Part shown: positions 49,177 through 61,340 of the stretch, in pieces
How the letters are laid out: the number at the start of each line of letters is the position of its first letter
How positions within the stretch are numbered: the stretch's first letter is position 1
From: Corallococcus sp. AB018
GTDB lineage: Bacteria > Myxococcota > Myxococcia > Myxococcales > Myxococcaceae
DNA: 64,000 bases
Direction of reading: 5' to 3'
Assembly: GCF_003986945.1 (NCBI RefSeq)
Contig: NZ_RAWR01000021.1
Coordinates: forward strand, 1 to 64,000
Position numbers and translations under genes: made by a program
The notes under the pieces: model-generated
The model's database searches: none
Told to the model about the DNA's origin: nothing
The model's input: the letters and a program-made list of their open reading frames with translations, nothing else

Positions 49177-50383
49177 CGTGAGAGTCACCGTCCTTACCAA
49201 CCTGTACCCGCCCGACGTCCTCGGCGGCTACGAGCTGCTCGCACGAGATGTGGTGGAGGGGTTGGAGCGGCGTGGCCACGAGGTCGACGTCCTCACCAGC
49301 GGCGATGGCTCCGAGAACGGGCGCGTGCTGCGGTCCCTGTGCCTGGCTCGCCGCTTCGGCCGGCCCGCGGGACGGGATCGCCTCCGTCACTTCGCGGCTG
49401 GTGTGCGGAACACGGCGGCGGTGCGCCGCTACTTGAAGGACCATGGCAGGCCGGATGCGGTGCTGGTCATGAGCCTGCGGAGACTGGGGCTCGCGCCGCT
49501 GCGGGTGCTCCACGAGGCAGGCGTCCCCGCGATCGTCACGGTGAACGACGACTGGCCGGTGGCGTTCAGCGTGGGTCGCGACGCGCGGCCCTGGGCTCGG
49601 CTGGGCAGCGTGCTCGACTCGCTGCTGGTGCCTTCACGAACCTGGACCGGCATCCAGCCCGCCGGGGTCGCGTGGCTTTCGGACGCGGTCCGGCGCACGT
49701 GCCTCACGGCGGGTGTGCCGCTGGACTTCGGTGTCGTGCTGCCGCAGGGCGTGGACCTGTCGCGCTTCACCCCTCGTCCCTTCCGGCCCATGCGCCCGGA
49801 GCCTCGGCTGCTCTTCGTCGGCCGGCTCCATCCGAGCAAGGCCCCCGATGCGGCCATCGACACCCTGGCGGCCTTGGAGAAGCGCGGCGTCAAGGCCACC
49901 CTCACGCTCGCGGGCGCGGCGGACGATCCGGCGTATCTCGCGTCCTTGCGGCAACGGGCGCGGGTGCTGCGGGTAGACGGACGCGTGGCATGGGCCGGGC
50001 AACTTCCCCGCGAGCAGTTGCTTCCGCTGTATCAGGATGCGGATGCGCTCCTGTTCGCGTCGAAGCTGGAGCACGAGGGCCAGGGCCTCACGTATCTGGA
50101 GGCCATGGCCTGTGGCCTGCCGGTGGCGGCGTCCCCCAGCGGCGGTGCCCGTGACTTCCTTGATCGGCACGACGCTTCGCTGCTGGTGAAGGCATGCACG
50201 GGTGAGGCCTTCGCCGAGGCGCTGGCGGCCCTCCACCGGGACGCGGCGGCGCAGGAGGTGCTCGTCCAGCGGGCGCTCGACATCGTGCGAGAACACGCGT
50301 CACTCGACGCCTACGTTCGCGGCATCGAGGAACTGCTACTCGATGCGGCTCAAGCTCACTGCCGCCGCAGCACCACCCGCTGA
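49177..50383 (+). CDS. Glycosyltransferase family 4 (GTG start inferred)
   Basis: VTVLTNLYPPDVLGGYE N-terminus. EX7E-like region LLFASKLEHEGQGLTYLEAMACGLPV. No in-frame ATG before the conserved N-terminus, so the GTG at 49177 was chosen. Confidence 0.7.
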
Positions 50384-51249
50384 CCGACGCTCGCGTCCGC
50401 GTTCCCGCTCCGCAGGCGCTGCTCTCCCCACTGGTGTCCCTTCCAATAAGCCCAGTGGTACACGAGCCTCCGGGGAACGGAGAGCGCCAGGCCCGCGGCG
50501 TCGCGCGCCCGGAGGTGCGCGACCGCATCCCTTGCCCATGACGCGCCCAGCTTCCGGGCCAGTCCCGTCAGCGACGCGGGCTCCTCCCGGATGAAGGCAT
50601 CCGCCTCTCCTTCGATGAAGCGGCGCCCGTACAACTGTTTCAGCGTGTAGTTGTGCGAGTGCATCACCCACGCGTCCGGCACGTAGCGCACCCGGAGCCC
50701 GTCGCCGCGCGCCCGGTGTCCCCACTCCGTGTCCTCGGAACCCCACGCGTCCTCGTAGAAGGGGTGCTTGAGCCATGCATCCCGCGTCATCGCCGCGAAT
50801 GGCAGCGAGTACGTCATCCATGGCGGCGGAGTTCCCTGCTCCGGGAACGCGACCTCGTAATCCCTTCGCACCCACGTGTGCGCTTCGGGCCTGGGCAGCT
50901 GCCGCGCGAAGGTCGCGTCCGCCTCCGCGCGCTCGATGGGCTCCAGCAACCGGTCCAGCGCCTGCGGCGTCAGCGGCACCACGTCGGAGTTCTGGAAGAC
51001 GATGATGTCGCCTTGCGCTTCGCGGATGGCCCGGTTGAGCACCACGCCTGGGAAGTACGCCCCAGCGTCGATGCGGATCAGTTGGCAGGGGAAGCGCGAG
51101 ACGATGTCCAACGTCGCGTCCCTGGAGCCCGAGTCCACCACGAGCAACTCGAAGTCCTTGCGCGCCTGCGAGAACAGGCCGGAGAGCGCCTGGCCTATGA
51201 CCCAGGCCGAGTCCTTCGAGCGCATGATGACGGTGACCTTGCGACTCAT
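50356..51249 (-). CDS. Glycosyltransferase family 2
   Basis: VTVIMRSKD...LLVVDSGSRDATLDIV and DxD-region typical of GT2. The start at 51249 abuts the upstream gene stop. Confidence 0.8.
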   Translation of the reverse strand: MSRKVTVIMRSKDSAWVIGQALSGLFSQARKDFELLVVDSGSRDATLDIVSRFPCQLIRIDAGAYFPGVVLNRAIREAQGDIIVFQNSDVVPLTPQALDRLLEPIERAEADATFARQLPRPEAHTWVRRDYEVAFPEQGTPPPWMTYSLPFAAMTRDAWLKHPFYEDAWGSEDTEWGHRARGDGLRVRYVPDAWVMHSHNYTLKQLYGRRFIEGEADAFIREEPASLTGLARKLGASWARDAVAHLRARDAAGLALSVPRRLVYHWAYWKGHQWGEQRLRSGNADASVGQRVVLRRQ

Positions 51250-52454
51250 GGATGATCCCCCAGGCGCAGGCCGAGCTTCCTCGCCACGTGCGCGAAGTTG
51301 GGGTCGCCCGACTCGCCCCAGTACCTCAGATATGCGCGCCGAAAATCCGCTGGCTCTCGGCTTGCCGCTCCCAGCAGTTGCCGCGCGAACTCGGCGTCCC
51401 GGGGCTCGCCCACCTCGAACGCCACGAATGGGAACGCCGCCGCCAGCACCCCTCGCGGCCCTCCGAGCCTCAGCCCCAATCGCGCTCGGAGCCCCAGCTC
51501 GGGTGAAGCCTTTGGCCGGAACCTCACGCCGTTGCGCACCCGTCGCAGCCAGACCTTCGGTTGGAGGCCGCCCTCCTTGAGGGAGTGCTTCAACGCCCGC
51601 TCCGCGTATCCGGACCACTTCAGCCCGGGCACCGACAGCCTCGCGGCCTCACACGTGAGGTGCACCTCCGCGAGCCTCGCCCTCCCCTCGTCCATCCAGG
51701 GCCCCAGCTCGCTTGGGGCGAAGCGCGCGTAGTCCGGCTCCAGGCGGAAGGCGCTCGCCTCGTCGTACAGCTTCCGGAACCCGGCCGGCACGTCGTGCCG
51801 CAGCGCCATCCGCCGCCGCTTCTCCGCGTAGCTCCAGTCGTATGCACCCAGGAAGTACAGCAGCGCGTCGCCGTAGCCGATGATGGCCTTCGCCGTGTGC
51901 CGGAGGATGGTGCGGCGCGCGTCCTCGTCCAGCGCGCCCTGGTCCCGCAGCACCTGGTTGATGATCAGCAGCGTGCCCCGGTTCACCGCCAGGTTCCGCA
52001 CGTCGTCGGGTGGGATGGCTTCTCGCGTGAAGTGCTCGAGCCCCGGAAGGAACGACGCATCCCCCGCCACCGTCTTGTGGCCGAACCGCACGTCGTACCA
52101 GATGACCTGACACGGGGACCTCCGCAGCGCCCGCACCGTCGTCACGCCCAGGTCCAACCCCAGCCCGTGCCGCTCGCGCAGCGGCTCCAGCACCAGGTCC
52201 AGCCGCGCCTTCAGCCCCTCTCGCGGGGCTCGCTCCAGCACCAGGAGGAAGTCGAGGTTGTTGTGCGGCCGTTCGACGCCGTCCCTCTTCTCCACTCCTC
52301 CCTCACCGCGCCCGTAGCCGCCAATGAGGGCCAGCGTCCGCAGCTCGTCCGGGCGCACGTGCCCGTGGATGACGGCCGCCGCTTCGGACACCACCTGGGA
52401 GATCCTCGCCTCCACCTCGGGCGAGCCCTTCAACGTGAAGCGTCCGTCCCTCAC
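51246..52454 (-). CDS. Hypothetical protein with Pol-beta-like nucleotidyltransferase signature
   Basis: LIGGYGRGEGG...NNLDFLLV resembles the hG[GS]-X9-13-DhD nucleotidyltransferase motif. Confidence 0.55.
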   Translation of the reverse strand: MRDGRFTLKGSPEVEARISQVVSEAAAVIHGHVRPDELRTLALIGGYGRGEGGVEKRDGVERPHNNLDFLLVLERAPREGLKARLDLVLEPLRERHGLGLDLGVTTVRALRRSPCQVIWYDVRFGHKTVAGDASFLPGLEHFTREAIPPDDVRNLAVNRGTLLIINQVLRDQGALDEDARRTILRHTAKAIIGYGDALLYFLGAYDWSYAEKRRRMALRHDVPAGFRKLYDEASAFRLEPDYARFAPSELGPWMDEGRARLAEVHLTCEAARLSVPGLKWSGYAERALKHSLKEGGLQPKVWLRRVRNGVRFRPKASPELGLRARLGLRLGGPRGVLAAAFPFVAFEVGEPRDAEFARQLLGAASREPADFRRAYLRYWGESGDPNFAHVARKLGLRLGDHP

Positions 52455-53638
52455 GCCGCCCTCCCTCCCGCGCCCGCCACCGACTCCAGCAGCGCCAGAA
52501 GCCTCGTCACGTGCCGCTCGGGGACGAAGCGCTCCTCGTAGGTCCTTCGCGCGTGCGCCTCCATCGTCCTCCTCAGGCCCGGCGCCGCCATCAGCCTGTC
52601 GATCGCCTCCGCGAGCGCCTCCGGATCATTTGGCGGCACGCCCAGCCCCGTCTCGCCTTCCGTCAGCCACTCCCCCACTCCGCCCACCTGGCTGGCGATG
52701 ACTGGCGTCCCGTGCGCCAGTGCTTCGATGCCCACCAGTCCGGACGTCTCCGGCGCTCGGCTGGGGAAGACGACACACGCGGCCCGCCGGTACTGCCCGG
52801 AGAGCGCTTCGGGCGCCATCGGGCCCAGGAAGGCCACCCGCTTCGACAACCCCAGCACGTCCACCTTCGCGCGCAGCTCCTCCTCCTGCCGGCCCCTTCC
52901 CACCACCGCCAGGCGGCACGGCTGCGTGGTGCGTGTCAGCGCGTGGAACAGCACATCCAGGCCCTTGCCTGTCGTCAGCTGCCCTACGAACAGGAGCAGG
53001 TCCTCCTCTCGCTCCACCGGCACCCGCGACTGGAGCGGAGCTTGCGCGTACAGCGGGACGACGTGCGTTCGTTCGCGCGGGAAGCCATGCGCCGCCACGT
53101 GGTCCGCCATGTACCGCGAGCCCACCACGAAGGCGTGATGACTCCGGGCCAGCGCCTGCTCCTCCCGCAACCTCCCCAGCGAGGCCCACTTCAGCCCGGG
53201 CCAGTCCTCCGAACGGCCCACGAAGCCGAGACATGGGTAGCAGGCCGCGCCCACCGGCTTCGTGCAGGGCTCCTTTCCCAGCGTCGTGTACTTGTGCTCG
53301 CGCAGGCAGAACAGCCGGTGGTCGTGGAAGAAGCGGATCACCGGCGCTGGCGAATCCAACAGTGCGCGCTGCGCCTTCAGGCTCGCGAGCTGGTGCACGT
53401 AGACGACGTCCGGCGCCAGCTCCCTCAGCTGCCGCGCCAGGTCGACGATGGGGAAGATGCCCTCGAACGGCTCCCGCATCACCGGGTGCGGATCCGGCGA
53501 GACGTTCACGTCGTAGAAGAGCAGCGACGTCACGCCCCGCCCGCCCAGCTCCCGCGCGGTCTCCCGCACGTAGCGCTCGGCGCCGCCCACGGGGGTGGCG
53601 GCGTCGTTGAGCCATGCGACCCTCAAGCCGCGGCCCAT
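52451..53638 (-). CDS. Glycosyltransferase family 4
   Basis: VVFPSRAPETSGLVGIEALAHGTPVIAS GT4 motif. Start at MGRGLRVAWL (53638). Confidence 0.8.
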   Translation of the reverse strand: MGRGLRVAWLNDAATPVGGAERYVRETARELGGRGVTSLLFYDVNVSPDPHPVMREPFEGIFPIVDLARQLRELAPDVVYVHQLASLKAQRALLDSPAPVIRFFHDHRLFCLREHKYTTLGKEPCTKPVGAACYPCLGFVGRSEDWPGLKWASLGRLREEQALARSHHAFVVGSRYMADHVAAHGFPRERTHVVPLYAQAPLQSRVPVEREEDLLLFVGQLTTGKGLDVLFHALTRTTQPCRLAVVGRGRQEEELRAKVDVLGLSKRVAFLGPMAPEALSGQYRRAACVVFPSRAPETSGLVGIEALAHGTPVIASQVGGVGEWLTEGETGLGVPPNDPEALAEAIDRLMAAPGLRRTMEAHARRTYEERFVPERHVTRLLALLESVAGAGGRAA

Positions 53639-54846
53639 GGCGGTCTCCCGTCCGGGTTCGTCTCCCCTTCCAGCCCCAGCATCGCGCACACCCATCCGGC
53701 CACGTCCATCAACGCGCCTCGGTCCCGGGGCAGTGGCGCATCCGAGGCGATGGCGGCGTACGCCGAGGGGCTGTCCACGTCGTAGCCGTGCATGCCTCGC
53801 ACGTTGCCCCCCACGAAGCTGGGGGCGAACAGGGCTCCTTCCCGCAGCACGAAGAGGGCTTGTCCGTAAGGAGCACCCCGCACCGGCGCCTGTCGCTCCA
53901 CCAGCGCCTCCGTGTCCAGCCATCTCCCCGGGAGCCCGTGCGCCACCATCCGCTCGCGGGCCTTCTCGCGCGTCCGCTCATCACCCCAGACCCGCAGCAT
54001 CGTGCTGTCCACGAACAGCCGCGTGCCACGCAGCTCCCCGAGCATCCGCCGTGGATCCACCACGTCGTGGATGTCCGCCATCCCGTGGTCCCCCACCATC
54101 ACCGTCGTCACGTCACCTCCGCCCGCGCGCATCGCATCCACGGCCTGCTCGATCCGCTCGGTGAGCCGCCGGGCTGTCGCGAGCGCGTCCCGGCTGCCAT
54201 TGCCGGTACGGTGCAAGGCGCCGTCCAGGGCGGTGGCGTACGCGAAGGCCAGGTCCGGCTTGCTCGCTCGTAACACCGCGCAGGTATGCGCCCAGCGCTC
54301 CTCCTCCGGCAGCTGCCAGGGCGCCGCGAACACCCGCAGGCCCGCGCGCCTCGCCTTCGTGAGGAACGTCTCCACCCCGCCGATGCGCTCGGCGTTGAAC
54401 AGGTCCTCCCGCTCCGGCAGGTCGAGCCAGCGGAACAGCTCCGGAGGGACGCGGTACAGGTCCACGTACCCGGTCAGCCCCTCCGTCCTCTTCAGCACCC
54501 GCGCCGCGGCACGCCTCAGCATGCCCCGCTCATGCACCTGGCGCGGCAGCAGCCCCAGCCACTTCAGCGGTGACAGCACGCCTTCGTCCTCACGCTCCGC
54601 GTGCGCGAAGAGGCACATCCGCCCGTGTCGCTCCGGTGGCGCGCCGGTGAGGATCGTCGGCAGCGCGCCACATGAATAGCCCAGGATGCCGCGCAGGCGG
54701 CCCCGGTGCGGCAACCCACGCAACCCTTCGAAGGTCTCCAGCTGGGACGGGCCCAGCGCATCGACGAAGACCACGAGCACACGACGCGGCCGGAAGGGCC
54801 GTGCCCCGGCGCTGTCTCCTCCTGGTGTCATCTCTTCCCGGGACAT
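53623..54846 (-). CDS. Alkaline-phosphatase superfamily protein (type I phosphodiesterase / nucleotide pyrophosphatase-like)
   Basis: RVLVVFVDALGPSQL metal-site motif. MVGDHGM downstream motif. Confidence 0.65.
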   Translation of the reverse strand: MSREEMTPGGDSAGARPFRPRRVLVVFVDALGPSQLETFEGLRGLPHRGRLRGILGYSCGALPTILTGAPPERHGRMCLFAHAEREDEGVLSPLKWLGLLPRQVHERGMLRRAAARVLKRTEGLTGYVDLYRVPPELFRWLDLPEREDLFNAERIGGVETFLTKARRAGLRVFAAPWQLPEEERWAHTCAVLRASKPDLAFAYATALDGALHRTGNGSRDALATARRLTERIEQAVDAMRAGGGDVTTVMVGDHGMADIHDVVDPRRMLGELRGTRLFVDSTMLRVWGDERTREKARERMVAHGLPGRWLDTEALVERQAPVRGAPYGQALFVLREGALFAPSFVGGNVRGMHGYDVDSPSAYAAIASDAPLPRDRGALMDVAGWVCAMLGLEGETNPDGRPPWAAA

Positions 54847-54982
54847 GGTTCTGTCTCAATGTGAGACGGCTCCGAGCGCTCCCGCCGTCCGCGACGGTGT
54901 CTGACATTGCAAGAGCTCCGCCACCCGCGCCCATCCAGGCTGGCTGAACGCTGGCATCCACCGTGCAACCCGTCCGCACCGG

Positions 54983-56842
54983 ATGTTCTCGCTGGAAGAG
55001 GGCCCGGAGCCCGAAACGCAGACGGCGCCCGTGCGACAGGAGTCGGTGCGCTCCGGGTATCCCGTTGATCCCCTGCGCATCGCGCGGGTGCTGCGGCGCC
55101 GCTGGCGGATCATCGCCGGGTGCTTCGTCGCGGGCATCGTCCTGGGCGTGCTGCTGGCCAAGACCGTGATGCCCCGCGAGTTCACCGCCCGCACCATTCT
55201 CGTTTGGGAGCCCACGGGCTCGCGCGCGGCGGCGAACCCCGAGCGGGAGATCCAGACGCTGATGGACACGCTCAAGCTCCCCAACAACCTGGAGGCGCTG
55301 CGCACGCGCACGGGCCTGCCGGTGACCCTGGAGGCGCTGGCCCGGCGGGTGGACATCGCCGTGTCCCGCGGCTCCAACATCCTCACCCTCTCCGCGACCG
55401 CGGCGAGCCCCGAGGAGGCCGTCCGGCTCTCCGACGCCATGACCCAGGTGTTCCTGGACCATCAGCGGGACTCGGAGCGGACTCGGGCCGAGGCGCAGCT
55501 GAAGGCGCTGGGCGAGGAGGTGCTCAAGGTCCAGGCGCAGCTGGAGGAGGCCCGGGCGCACTACGACGGCTTCCGCCAGGAGAACGGCATCGCGGAGTTC
55601 ACGCTCGACCGGCAGTCCTCCATCGAGGAGGCGGCGCGGCTGCGCACCGAGAAGAACCGCTTCCGCATCGAAGCGGAGTCCTCGGACGCCAGGGCGCTGT
55701 TGCTGAAGCAGGCGGCCCGTGAGCAGCCCAGCCGGATGGTGCTGTCGGAGACCGAGAGCTACTTCGAGCTGCGCAAGCTGGCCGAGCTGCGCGCGGAGCT
55801 CGCCGCCCGCGGAGCCAATCTCTCCATGGAACATCCCGAGGTGGTGCAGCTCACCGCCGCCGTGCGGGCCCTGGAGTCCCGGCCCGCGGGTGGCACCGTC
55901 TCCGACCGCGTCGTGGGGACCAACCCCTCCTGGACCTTCCTCCAGAACAGCCTGCTGGACGCTGGCTCACAGCGAGAGCTGGCCCAGAAGAAGTGGCGCG
56001 CCTACGCCGAAGCGGAGGAGGCCGCGAAGGAGCGCATCGCACGGCTCTCCGCCCTGGAGGGCCAGGCCAGCGCGCTGCTCGCGCGGATCCACATCACCGA
56101 GACGCGCCTCACCGAGCTCCAGCAGCGTCAGAAGGTGGTGGAGGGCGAGGTGCGCCAGCCAGCGATGGAGCTGCGCGTGCTCACCTCCGCCACCCCGCCG
56201 ACGCGTCCCTCGAAGTCCTATCGCCGCGCGGTGGCCCTGCTGCTGCCTCCCACCTTCGCGCTGCTGGCCGTGGTGGCCCTCACCGCCTCCTCGCTGCGCG
56301 GCTTCAAGCTGTGGACGCCGGCCGAGTTCTCGTTCTGGGGACGCGGCCCGGTGGTGGCCGCCACTCCCTGGCCCGCCACCGCCGAGGGCCTGGAGGAGCT
56401 CGTCGTGGAGCTCCGGGCCGCGCTGGACGAGGCGAGCGGCGTTACGCGGGTGTTGCCGCTCGGGGAATCGCAACAGGAGCGGACCCGGGAGCTGCTGTCC
56501 CGGCTTGGGGCAATGGACGTCCCAGCCCGGGATGACGTCCCGGGGCGAGGCGCGACGCTCGTTTCGTGGGAGGAGGCGCGGCGTCCGCAGGCGCTGCGGC
56601 TCGCGGTCCGCACGGGAGCGCGGGTGCTCGTCCTCGCCAGCTCCGGCGCGCACTCCGTGTTCGAGGTGTGGGCGCTGCGGCGCCTGCTCGGGAGCGAGGC
56701 GTGCGTCGGCTTCGTGGTGGTGGGGCTCGGCACCGACCTTGCTACCCATCCGGATCGCGTGGGCGACGTCATGGGCTTCTGGTCCGGATCCAGAGCGTCG
56801 AGGGGCATGGAAGGGCCCGTCCCGCGAAAGGAGCCGCGCTGA
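54983..56842 (+). CDS. Polysaccharide co-polymerase (Wzz/GumC-like chain-length determinant) without an obvious Walker-A kinase domain
   Basis: N-terminal TM (IIAGCFVAGIVLGVLLA). Long periplasmic coiled coil. Second TM (VALLLPPTFALLAVVALTA). C-terminal domain lacks a GxxGxGK[ST] motif. Confidence 0.7.
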   Translation: MFSLEEGPEPETQTAPVRQESVRSGYPVDPLRIARVLRRRWRIIAGCFVAGIVLGVLLAKTVMPREFTARTILVWEPTGSRAAANPEREIQTLMDTLKLPNNLEALRTRTGLPVTLEALARRVDIAVSRGSNILTLSATAASPEEAVRLSDAMTQVFLDHQRDSERTRAEAQLKALGEEVLKVQAQLEEARAHYDGFRQENGIAEFTLDRQSSIEEAARLRTEKNRFRIEAESSDARALLLKQAAREQPSRMVLSETESYFELRKLAELRAELAARGANLSMEHPEVVQLTAAVRALESRPAGGTVSDRVVGTNPSWTFLQNSLLDAGSQRELAQKKWRAYAEAEEAAKERIARLSALEGQASALLARIHITETRLTELQQRQKVVEGEVRQPAMELRVLTSATPPTRPSKSYRRAVALLLPPTFALLAVVALTASSLRGFKLWTPAEFSFWGRGPVVAATPWPATAEGLEELVVELRAALDEASGVTRVLPLGESQQERTRELLSRLGAMDVPARDDVPGRGATLVSWEEARRPQALRLAVRTGARVLVLASSGAHSVFEVWALRRLLGSEACVGFVVVGLGTDLATHPDRVGDVMGFWSGSRASRGMEGPVPRKEPR

Positions 56843-56921
56843 GAGGAAGACGCCTTCGCGCGCGTCATCACAGGGCAGCCCTCCGTCCGGCGGGCCCCCC
56901 AGGAACGGAACCGACGACACC

Positions 56922-57854
56922 ATGTTCGCCGTCATCCATCGCAGCGCCGCGGCTCCTGGCGCCGGGTTCCTGTCCGTGGCCGGGCCCCCGCTCGTCACCC
57001 GCCAGTTGCAGTGGCTGCGCGCGTCGGGCTTCGAGAAGGTGGCTATCGACATCGGCGCGGACGCCCATGGAGCAGAACTGCGAAGCCTCGTCTCGCAGCA
57101 GGAGGCGCTGGCCCGCAACGTCATCTTCGTCCCCACGGCTTCGCGGTTCCCGCCGGGCGTCATCGCGGATTCGGCGGGCTTTCCCGCCCACGCGCCCTTC
57201 CTCGTGGTGCCGGACACCGTCCTGGGCAACGCGGACCTCGCGGCCTTCTACCGCCGGGCGCCAGAGCGGGGCGTGCGCGTGGGCCGGCTGACGCCACCAC
57301 CGGCCGTGGAGCCCTTCGCGCCAGCCGAGGTGCACCTGATCACCGCGGCCACCGGCCCCGTCACGGAGGAGGAGCTGCCCGGGTGGGGCGCGCGCCTGGA
57401 GACGCCGGGCGCGGCCCTGCGGCTGGCCTGCAAGGCGCTGCTGGGGCGGCTGCCGCGGGCGGAAGGAACCTCGCGGCTCCTCATCCACGCGGCCGAACGG
57501 GCACCAGGGGTCTGGGTGGCGCGCGGCGCCCTCCTCCAGCGCGGCGCCGAGGTGAACCCTCCCGTGCTCATCGGTCCCCAGGCGCTCGTGTGCGCCGGTG
57601 CGCGGATCGGCCCGGGGGCTCTCATTGGAGCGCGCGCCATCATCGAGCGCGGCACCTGTCTGGTGAACGCCGTGGTGGAAGAGGAGACCGTGGTGGGCGA
57701 GGGCCTGGAGGTGCGCGATGCCATCGCCACGCCCGACGGATTGGCCTCGCTGGAGGGCACCGGTCCCCTGCTCCCGCTGGGAGATCCCCTGTTGCTTGCG
57801 CGGCGCCGGCTCCTGTCGCGAGCGGCGTTGCGTCTGCTGGGGCTCTCCCGATGA
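56922..57854 (+). CDS. Nucleotidyltransferase-like / left-handed beta-helix (hexapeptide repeat) protein
   Basis: Hexapeptide-like IGPQALVCAGARIGPGALIGARAIIERG. Degenerate N-terminal NTP-transferase-like region. Confidence 0.5.
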   Translation: MFAVIHRSAAAPGAGFLSVAGPPLVTRQLQWLRASGFEKVAIDIGADAHGAELRSLVSQQEALARNVIFVPTASRFPPGVIADSAGFPAHAPFLVVPDTVLGNADLAAFYRRAPERGVRVGRLTPPPAVEPFAPAEVHLITAATGPVTEEELPGWGARLETPGAALRLACKALLGRLPRAEGTSRLLIHAAERAPGVWVARGALLQRGAEVNPPVLIGPQALVCAGARIGPGALIGARAIIERGTCLVNAVVEEETVVGEGLEVRDAIATPDGLASLEGTGPLLPLGDPLLLARRRLLSRAALRLLGLSR

Positions 57855-57880
57855 CGGCGGCACGCGCACCGGGAAGCGTG

Positions 57881-59296
<1,416 letters not shown>

Positions 59297-59679
59297 GGTT
59301 TCGGGTCTCCTGACAGGGGGATGCGCTTGACGGGAGCACGCCTCCGGTCCCGGTGATGCGCGAGGCCGGGCACTCGCACATCGGAGTACGCGGGACAGCA
59401 AACGCATCCGTTTGCACAGACCATTCCCGCATGTCGAGACATCCCCTCTGGTTGATCCGGATGCGCTCGGCCAACGACTTGTCCTCTGGCCTGTTTGACA
59501 AATCCCGGCGTTGTCTACGTTTGAGACATCCCGGCGTCCCCAGATGAGACATCCCGGTTCGGGACGCAGACAGGCCCGCGGCGACCTGACACGCACCGGC
59601 AGCGCGTGCGACGCCATGGTTCCTGCCTTGCAAGCGGCAGCCGCCCATGCGTGCGTCAGCGAAGTCAATCCATGCCTGC

Positions 59680-60201
59680 ATGGAGCCGTTGCGCGCCCTG
59701 CGTTCGGACAGGGCCCGGGTGGTGGATGCGGTCAGGGACCGGGGGGCGCGCTTTCCCAGAGCCGCGGCCCTGGCGGATCCGTCCCTATGGGCGGTGGGCC
59801 TGCTGCGGTGGGGAGCGGTGCTCCGGCGCGGACTGGGCACGTCACTGGGCCTGTCCACGCTGTTGCGCGTGGGCTTCCACATCGATGTGTGGACGGATGA
59901 TATCGGCCCCGGCTTGAGGCTGCCGCACCCCTTCAACATCGTCATTGGCGATGGGGTGGAGATTGGCCCGGAGTGCACCCTGCTCCACGGCGTCACCATC
60001 CAGCGGGGCGCGGGCACGCGCATTGGCCGGGGCGTGGTGCTGGCCAACGGCACGACGGTGCTGGCGGGCGCGTCCGTGGGCGACGGGAGCCTGGTGGGCG
60101 CGGCCAGCGTGGTGCGCGGCGCCATTCCCCCTGCGTCCGTCGCGGTGGGCGTGCCGGCGCGCGTGGTGCGGGCGTCCCGTCCCGGGGAGGCGGCTCCGTG
60201 A
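59680..60201 (+). CDS. Hexapeptide-repeat acetyltransferase (serine O-acetyltransferase / WcaB-like)
   Basis: LbH repeats IGDGVEIGPECTLLHGVTIQ...IGRGVVLANGTTVLAGASVGDGSLVGAASVV. Confidence 0.7.
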   Translation: MEPLRALRSDRARVVDAVRDRGARFPRAAALADPSLWAVGLLRWGAVLRRGLGTSLGLSTLLRVGFHIDVWTDDIGPGLRLPHPFNIVIGDGVEIGPECTLLHGVTIQRGAGTRIGRGVVLANGTTVLAGASVGDGSLVGAASVVRGAIPPASVAVGVPARVVRASRPGEAAP

Positions 60202-61340
60202 GGCTGGCCGTCGCGTTGGGGGGAACGGACTGGGGGCGCTCGGGCATTGGCACGTACGTGCGCGCGATGCTGCCCCGGCTGACACGAGGGCTTGCGCGAA
60301 CCGGGGGCCGGCTGGTGGCGCTCGGTACGGCGCGGGACTTCGCCGCGTATGACCCGGAGCTCGTGGGCGCGGAGCGAGCCGTGGCACCGGCAGCCGTCGA
60401 CACGCCCGCGCTGGGTGCATCGTGGTACCTCGCCCGCTGCGGAGCGCATGCGCGCGGGGCCGGGGCGGACGTGCTGCTGCTGCCCGCCGCCAACCGCCGC
60501 GTCGCGCTGCGGCCCGGCCTGCCCACGGTGGGCGTGGTGCACGACCTGGCCCAGTTCAACGTGCCGGACAAGTACGACCGGCTGCGCACCACCTACGTGA
60601 GATGGCTTCTGCCCAAGGCGCTGAGGTCCTTCGAGGCGCTGGCCGCCGTCAGCCAGGCCACGCGCGGGGACATGGTGAGCTTCCTCTCCTGCGCGCCCGA
60701 GCGGATCCACGTCATCCCCAACGGCGTGGACGCGGACCGCTTCGCGCTTGGAGACGGCGCTGGTGCCGCGTGGGCCCGTGAGCGGCTGGGCCTGAAGGCG
60801 CCGTATCTGCTGTACCTGTCGCGCCTGGAGCACCCGGGGAAGAACCACCTGCGGCTGCTTCGGGCGTTCGCCGCGTCCCCGGTGAGTCAGGACCATCAGC
60901 TGGTGCTGGCCGGCGCGGATTGGGGCGCCGAGCAGCTCATCCGGGCGGAGCTCCAGCGGCTGGGGCTCCAGGAGCGCGTGAGGATCCTGGGCTACCTGGA
61001 GGACGGCCTCATCCCGGGCCTGGTCGCGGGCGCGGAGGCGCTCATCGCGGTGGGGCTGTGCGAGGGCTTCGGCCTGCCAGCGCTGGAGGCCATCGCGGCG
61101 GGCAAGCCCGTGCTGGCGGCCCGGGCGGGAGCGCTTCCGGAGGTGGTGGGCGAGCTGGGGGTGTTGTGCGATCCGCTCGACGAGCGGGACATGGCGGCGG
61201 CGCTGACGCGGGTGGTGCGGGACGAGCCACTGGCCGCGCGGGTGCGGCGCGAAGGTCCAGGGCACGCCCGCCAGCGCAGCTGGGACCGCACGGGCGACGA
61301 CCTGCTGGCCCTGTGCCGCGCCGTGGGAGGCGTTCGATGA
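60198..61340 (+). CDS. Glycosyltransferase family 4 (GTG start overlapping preceding stop)
   Basis: LIAVGLCEGFGLPALEAIAAGKPVLA GT4 motif. Confidence 0.75.
   Translation: MRLAVALGGTDWGRSGIGTYVRAMLPRLTRGLARTGGRLVALGTARDFAAYDPELVGAERAVAPAAVDTPALGASWYLARCGAHARGAGADVLLLPAANRRVALRPGLPTVGVVHDLAQFNVPDKYDRLRTTYVRWLLPKALRSFEALAAVSQATRGDMVSFLSCAPERIHVIPNGVDADRFALGDGAGAAWARERLGLKAPYLLYLSRLEHPGKNHLRLLRAFAASPVSQDHQLVLAGADWGAEQLIRAELQRLGLQERVRILGYLEDGLIPGLVAGAEALIAVGLCEGFGLPALEAIAAGKPVLAARAGALPEVVGELGVLCDPLDERDMAAALTRVVRDEPLAARVRREGPGHARQRSWDRTGDDLLALCRAVGGVR

Noticed and set aside
55719-57854. 711-aa plus-strand ORF fusing an alternate frame of the Wzz-like gene with the hexapeptide-protein frame
   Set aside because: Only the 3' part from the ATG at 56922 has protein-like composition and LbH repeats. 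The 5' 1.2 kb is an out-of-frame read-through of the PCP gene (Arg/Pro/Ala/Ser-rich).
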